A DNA stretch of 39,964 bases from an uncultured Phycisphaerae bacterium. GTDB taxonomy: Bacteria; Planctomycetota; Phycisphaerae; UBA1845; DATKUK01. Both the position numbers and the translations under genes were made by a program. Position 1 is the stretch's first letter, and every line of letters begins with the position of its first letter. Of the stretch, positions 35,847-39,964 are shown piece by piece. Location: assembly GCA_965602375.1 (NCBI GenBank), contig CBFCZG010000003.1, positions 1 through 39,964 of the forward strand, given 5' to 3'. The notes under the pieces were generated by a model, which was not told the DNA's origin, made no database searches, and saw only the letters and a program-made list of their open reading frames with translations.

Positions 35847-37439
35847 CTACCGTGCGTAATCGACCGCGCGGACCTCGCGAATCAGCGTCACCTTCACCTC
35901 GCCGGGATAGGTCATTTCCGATTCGATACGCTTGGCGATCTCGCGGGCCATCTTGTACGACAGCCCGTCGTCCACCGAGTCGGCGTCGACCAGCACGCGG
36001 ATCTCGCGGCCCGCCTGGATCGCATACGCCTGTTTGACGCCCTTGAACTCGGTTGCCAGTTCCTCCAACTGCTGGAGACGCTTTATGTAGCGTTCGAGCG
36101 ACTCGCGCCGCCCACCCGGCCGCGCCGCACTGATCGCGTCGGCCGCCGCCACCAAAGGCGTGTACAGCGACGCCGCCTGGATGTCGTTATGGTGCCCTTC
36201 GATGGCATTGAGCACCTCGGCCCGCTCGCCGAAGCGCTTGCAGATGTCGGCCCCGATGCTGGGGTGGCCGCCCTCCACCTCGTGATCGACCGCCTTGCCG
36301 ATGTCGTGCAGCAGCCCGCAGCGGCGCGCCAACGACCCATCCAGCCCGAGTTCGTCGGCCATCGTCTGGCAGAGGTAGGCCACCTCCACCGAGTGCCGCA
36401 AGACGTTCTGCCCGTAACTGGTGCGGTAGTGCAGCCGTCCCAACAGATCGAGCTGCTTGCGATGCAGGCCCGACACGTTGGCGTCCATGGCGGCCTTGCG
36501 ACCCAACTCCAGGATGTCCTTCTCGACCTGACGCTTGGTCTCTTCGACCACCTCTTCGATCCTGGCCGGGTGGATCCGCCCGTCCTGCACCAAACGCTCC
36601 AACGCCTGCCGGGCCACCTCGCGGCGGACCGGGTCGAACGCGCTGACCACCACCACGCCCGGCGTGTCGTCGACGATGACATCGACGCCGGTTGCCTTCT
36701 CGAAGGCGCGGATGTTACGGCCCTCCCGCCCGATCACACGTCCCTTCATGTCATCGTTGGGGATGTCGACGGTGCTGACCGTGCTGTCGCAGGTATGTTC
36801 GGCCGCATAGCGCTGAATCGCGGTGACGACGATCTCGCGCGACTTCTTCTCGGCCGTCTCGCGCGCGTCGGTGATCGTCCGCTCGATCAGCTCGGCCGCC
36901 TTTTTCTCCAACTCCTCGCTCAAGCGGGTCAGCAGCACCTCGCGTGCCTCGTCCACGCTCATGCCGGAGATCTTCAGAAGCTGCGACCGCTGCTGCGCGA
37001 CCACCTCGCGCAGTTCCTGGTCTCTCGCCTCTACCTTCTTCTCACGGTCGCGGACCTGTTTCTGCGCCTGTTCGAGCCCCCGCTCCTTGGTCGCCAACGT
37101 CTCGAGTTTGCCCTCCAGATTATCTTCTCGTTTGCCCAGTCTCCTTTCGGCGTCTCTCAGTTCGTTCCGAGTCTCCGCTGTTTCCCGCTCAAACTGCTCC
37201 GTACGTTTGATGTACTCGGCCTTCGCGTCCAGCTCAGCCTGCTTTAAGAGTTGTCCGGCCTCCCGCTTGGCCTCGCTCAACATGCGCTGAATTTCCTGTT
37301 CGGCCGCCGCCCGCTTGGCTTTGCCGAAGTAGTGCAGAAAAGCGAAGGTGCCGCATATGGCGGCGACGATCGCCAGCACGAACAGGCCCAAGACAGCCCA
37401 GTCCGACGAGGCCGTCGACACAAGTGTTAACGGTCCCAT
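35847..37439 (-). CDS. rny: ribonuclease Y
   Basis: N-terminal TM helix, coiled coil, KH domain ([13 protein letters not shown]), HD domain (LLHDIGK) and [10 protein letters not shown]. Confidence 0.98.
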   Translation of the reverse strand: MGPLTLVSTASSDWAVLGLFVLAIVAAICGTFAFLHYFGKAKRAAAEQEIQRMLSEAKREAGQLLKQAELDAKAEYIKRTEQFERETAETRNELRDAERRLGKREDNLEGKLETLATKERGLEQAQKQVRDREKKVEARDQELREVVAQQRSQLLKISGMSVDEAREVLLTRLSEELEKKAAELIERTITDARETAEKKSREIVVTAIQRYAAEHTCDSTVSTVDIPNDDMKGRVIGREGRNIRAFEKATGVDVIVDDTPGVVVVSAFDPVRREVARQALERLVQDGRIHPARIEEVVEETKRQVEKDILELGRKAAMDANVSGLHRKQLDLLGRLHYRTSYGQNVLRHSVEVAYLCQTMADELGLDGSLARRCGLLHDIGKAVDHEVEGGHPSIGADICKRFGERAEVLNAIEGHHNDIQAASLYTPLVAAADAISAARPGGRRESLERYIKRLQQLEELATEFKGVKQAYAIQAGREIRVLVDADSVDDGLSYKMAREIAKRIESEMTYPGEVKVTLIREVRAVDYAR

Positions 37440-37482
37440 GGCTAGTCCCTTGTCCGTATGTATAGAGCTTCATTCAGGCTTC

Positions 37483-37669
37483 CACTTTGTGCTGACCCTG
37501 CGCCGAAGAAACCGATAACCCGAGCGCGCAAGGATCGCACCGTCACCTGCTGATCCATTCCTAATCTGGAGACAGACCCTAACTTGGCGAGGAAGCGACT
37601 GACTCGCTGATGCCCCCAGGGGTCAATTCACGCCGCAATCGGACCGGCTGTCAGGTGCCAGCCAAAGTA
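37483..37669 (-). ncRNA. ssrS: candidate 6S RNA
   Basis: 187-nt rod. UACUUUG-GCUGG-CCUG pairs with CAGG-UCAGC-CAAAGUG, then GCCGG/UCGGC and CCGAU/AUCGG, an open centre, and an apical CUGGGGGCA/UGUCUCCAG stem. Located directly upstream of rny-ymdB. Confidence 0.55.
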
Positions 37670-38053
37670 AAACACGCTCCAACATGAGCCTTACGCTTAC
37701 TTTCCCACCCTATCGATACTACTGGTGGCACCTCCGCACTCCCCGGTCTACGAAGACCTAACACTACGCACCGGGCGGGACCCGCGGTGCGCAACACCGC
37801 CGGTCACCATGTCAGCCCGTCTCACAGCAAGATCGGCTTGCCGCGCGCCTGCCGCTCTCGATGCCAAGCCTGCTCACCTCTACCGACAGACACCGACGCA
37901 CGCCGACAGACCACTGCACCTACACGTGTCGTCGCCCCACTTGGATGGGGCCTGCCAAAACCGCTTAACGCTCCTTCCAGTTGCGACCCCAATCACATGG
38001 ATCGCAAACTTCGGCTGCTACAGGGCACAGGTACCCACACCTACGCCCAACCT

Positions 38054-38081
38054 ACTATAATTCCATTCCTGCACACGTCAA
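38054..38081 (-). promoter_or_regulatory. sigma70-type promoter facing the 6S candidate and rny
   Basis: TTGACG-16 nt-TATAGT on the minus strand. Confidence 0.55.
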
Positions 38082-38312
38082 GAACAAACCCGTCGAGCAC
38101 CGCTCCACGGCCTGTCTTGGGCCTCACTGTAACTTACGCTGTCAAGGTAGGTTAGTTCACCATAGCATCGTTAACTGGCCGGCCATTGTTGCCAGGCACT
38201 TGGCCTGACGGGCCCCTTCGGGCTACAATTGCCTGCCCTATAAGGGGTTGGCGCTCGCGGGCGTGACGCGGAGCGGCACGTGCGGCCTATCACACCGACC
38301 AGAGGTGCAGCC

Positions 38313-39964
38313 ATGTTCGTAGGGGACGTCATCGGGTACCCACGCAAAGGCGTTCGGATGCTGTTGTGGCTGGCTTTGGCCGGAATCGCCTCAGCAGCAA
38401 TACTCGGGGGCGGTCTGGCCACGCAGGCTCGAGGTCAAACCCCCTTCGGTGGGCTGTCGCCCACACTCGCACCGGCGCGTGCAAACGAGCCGGTTGCGGC
38501 CAGACTGCTCGCTGACACCACGGCCATCGTGCCCGGTCGACCTTTCCGCCTGGCCGTAAGTGTCGATTTGGCAGGGGGTTGGCACATCTACTGGAGCAAT
38601 CCCGGCGGCCCCGGCCTGCCCACGCAGATTGCCCTGAGTCTGCCTGAAGGCTTTACGTCGGAGCCCGCGCAATACCCTGTGCCTACAAGGTTTACGACGC
38701 CTCCCGACATCGAAAGCTTCGGGTATGAGCATGAAGCGACGTTCCTGGTCGAGGTGACACCCCCCGATACGATCAGCCTGGCGACGGCGCAGATCGGAGC
38801 TGAGCTGACGTGGTTGGCCTGCAAAGACGTCTGCATCCCGGGCAGCCAAAAGCTGGCGCTGAAGCTGCCCGTGGCTTCCGAGCCGGCAAAGGCGGCGCCG
38901 ACTAACGTCGATCTGTTCGGCAAGGCTAAGCAATCCATTCCAGCGCCAGTCGGCCAAGCTGGGCTGATCACGGTCAACGCGTATTTGAGCGTGGATCGTG
39001 TCCGGCCGGGCGACCGGGTTTTCCTGGCCGTTGTGGCCGAAGGGTCGCCGAAGGCGGCGTTGGCCGAGAACCTGGGCGCCCAACTGTTTCCTGCCAAGAG
39101 CGAGGGGCTGTCGTTCGGGAAGGTCACCTACGAGTTGTCGACCGGCCAGGACGGCTGGCGGCTGGCAGCACGTGTGCCGGTTGACGCGGATGATTCGCTA
39201 CCCTCCGGGCCGCTGAGCATTTCGGGCGTGCTGGCGTTCCGCACCGTGCCGGCCGGGACGGACGAGCCAGTCAGGAGAGGGCTGACTTTCGAGCTTACCG
39301 CCCAGGCAGCCGAGGCCGGGGCGGTTGTCAGCCCTGCGCATCCGGAGATTTTCGGCACGGTGCGTCCTGGCGAACCGATGGCGGGTGCTGCCGCCGCGGA
39401 ACCGCAAGCCATCGAACAGGCTGGGGGCTTCCTGGGGTTTCTGCGAAGACTGGGCCTGCCGGGCCTGCTGATCGCGTGTGCGCTCTACGGTCTGGCGATC
39501 AACGCCACGCCCTGCGTGCTGCCCATCGTCTCGATCAAGGTGGTCAGCTTCGTGCAGCAAGCACAAGACCGTAGCGGGCGGGCGGCGGTGCTGGGCATCT
39601 CCTTCGGCGTGGGCGTCGTGGTGGTGTTCGTGCTACTGGGGTTTCTGGCAGCCAGCGGCAAGAACCTGCTTCAGTTTCCGGCGGCGGTGATCGGCGTGGG
39701 CGCGGTGGTGATGGTGTTGGCGCTGAGCATGCTTGGTGTGTACACGCTGCGTGCCCCGACGGTGGCCAGCGAGTTGGACGCCCGTTTGGGCAACGAAACG
39801 GTGGCCGGCTCGTTCGGCAAGGGGATGCTGGCCCCGGTGTTGGGGTTTGCGTGCACGGCTCCGCTACTGGCGGGGGCGCTGGCATGGGCGACGCGTCAGC
39901 CACCGGCGACGGCGATGCTGGCCTTTGTGGCGGCTTCCCAGGCCCAGTCGGAGCCGGGAGGCAC
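38313..39964 (+). CDS. dsbD: DsbD-like thiol:disulfide interchange protein (runs off the window)
   Basis: GAGG RBS and ATG 38313. In-frame GWHIYWSNPG and WLACKDVCIPG (N domain), NATPCVLP and ACTAP (TM-domain cysteines). Missing from the ORF track because no stop is reached. Confidence 0.9.
   Translation, partial: MFVGDVIGYPRKGVRMLLWLALAGIASAAILGGGLATQARGQTPFGGLSPTLAPARANEPVAARLLADTTAIVPGRPFRLAVSVDLAGGWHIYWSNPGGPGLPTQIALSLPEGFTSEPAQYPVPTRFTTPPDIESFGYEHEATFLVEVTPPDTISLATAQIGAELTWLACKDVCIPGSQKLALKLPVASEPAKAAPTNVDLFGKAKQSIPAPVGQAGLITVNAYLSVDRVRPGDRVFLAVVAEGSPKAALAENLGAQLFPAKSEGLSFGKVTYELSTGQDGWRLAARVPVDADDSLPSGPLSISGVLAFRTVPAGTDEPVRRGLTFELTAQAAEAGAVVSPAHPEIFGTVRPGEPMAGAAAAEPQAIEQAGGFLGFLRRLGLPGLLIACALYGLAINATPCVLPIVSIKVVSFVQQAQDRSGRAAVLGISFGVGVVVVFVLLGFLAASGKNLLQFPAAVIGVGAVVMVLALSMLGVYTLRAPTVASELDARLGNETVAGSFGKGMLAPVLGFACTAPLLAGALAWATRQPPATAMLAFVAASQAQSEPGG

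Noticed and set aside
39935-39964. DsbD sequence turns polar (SQAQSEPGG) where a hydrophobic helix would be expected
   Set aside because: Last 30 nt of the window; a contig-end artefact cannot be told apart from biology.

Overview
High-GC bacterial chromosome segment. Gene content (three PEP-CTERM genes, a GPSAVEY-type Flp pilin, a URO-D family protein, an FGE-sulfatase/PEP-CTERM fusion) suggests a planctomycete, probably Phycisphaerae; this is inference. Most of the window is housekeeping or metabolic: ribE-pdxA-EamA-rsmA, trpF, ahcY-DUF1015, cdaA-cdaR-proA, an FKBP PPIase, rny-ymdB-xseA, tRNA-Thr(CGT) and a partial dsbD. An accessory block of about 8 kb lies 3' of tRNA-Thr (about 24.4-33 kb). 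It holds three non-homologous PEP-CTERM surface-protein genes and a DUF4160/DUF2442-HTH toxin-antitoxin-like pair. The most interesting signal is non-coding. Two PEP-CTERM units share a gap-free sigma70 promoter plus a 50-nt leader (42/50 identical). One copy runs into an intrinsic terminator whose sequence recurs in front of the third PEP-CTERM gene. The other copy precedes a 38-codon 'empty' start-plus-PEP-tail relic. Together these suggest a modular, attenuator-controlled PEP-CTERM cassette system. Two further RNA candidates are a 6S-like rod upstream of rny and a structured RNA with a 54-nt adenine-free GU tract behind a near-consensus promoter. All RNA structures were folded by eye and all family calls come from motif recognition; no searches were run.
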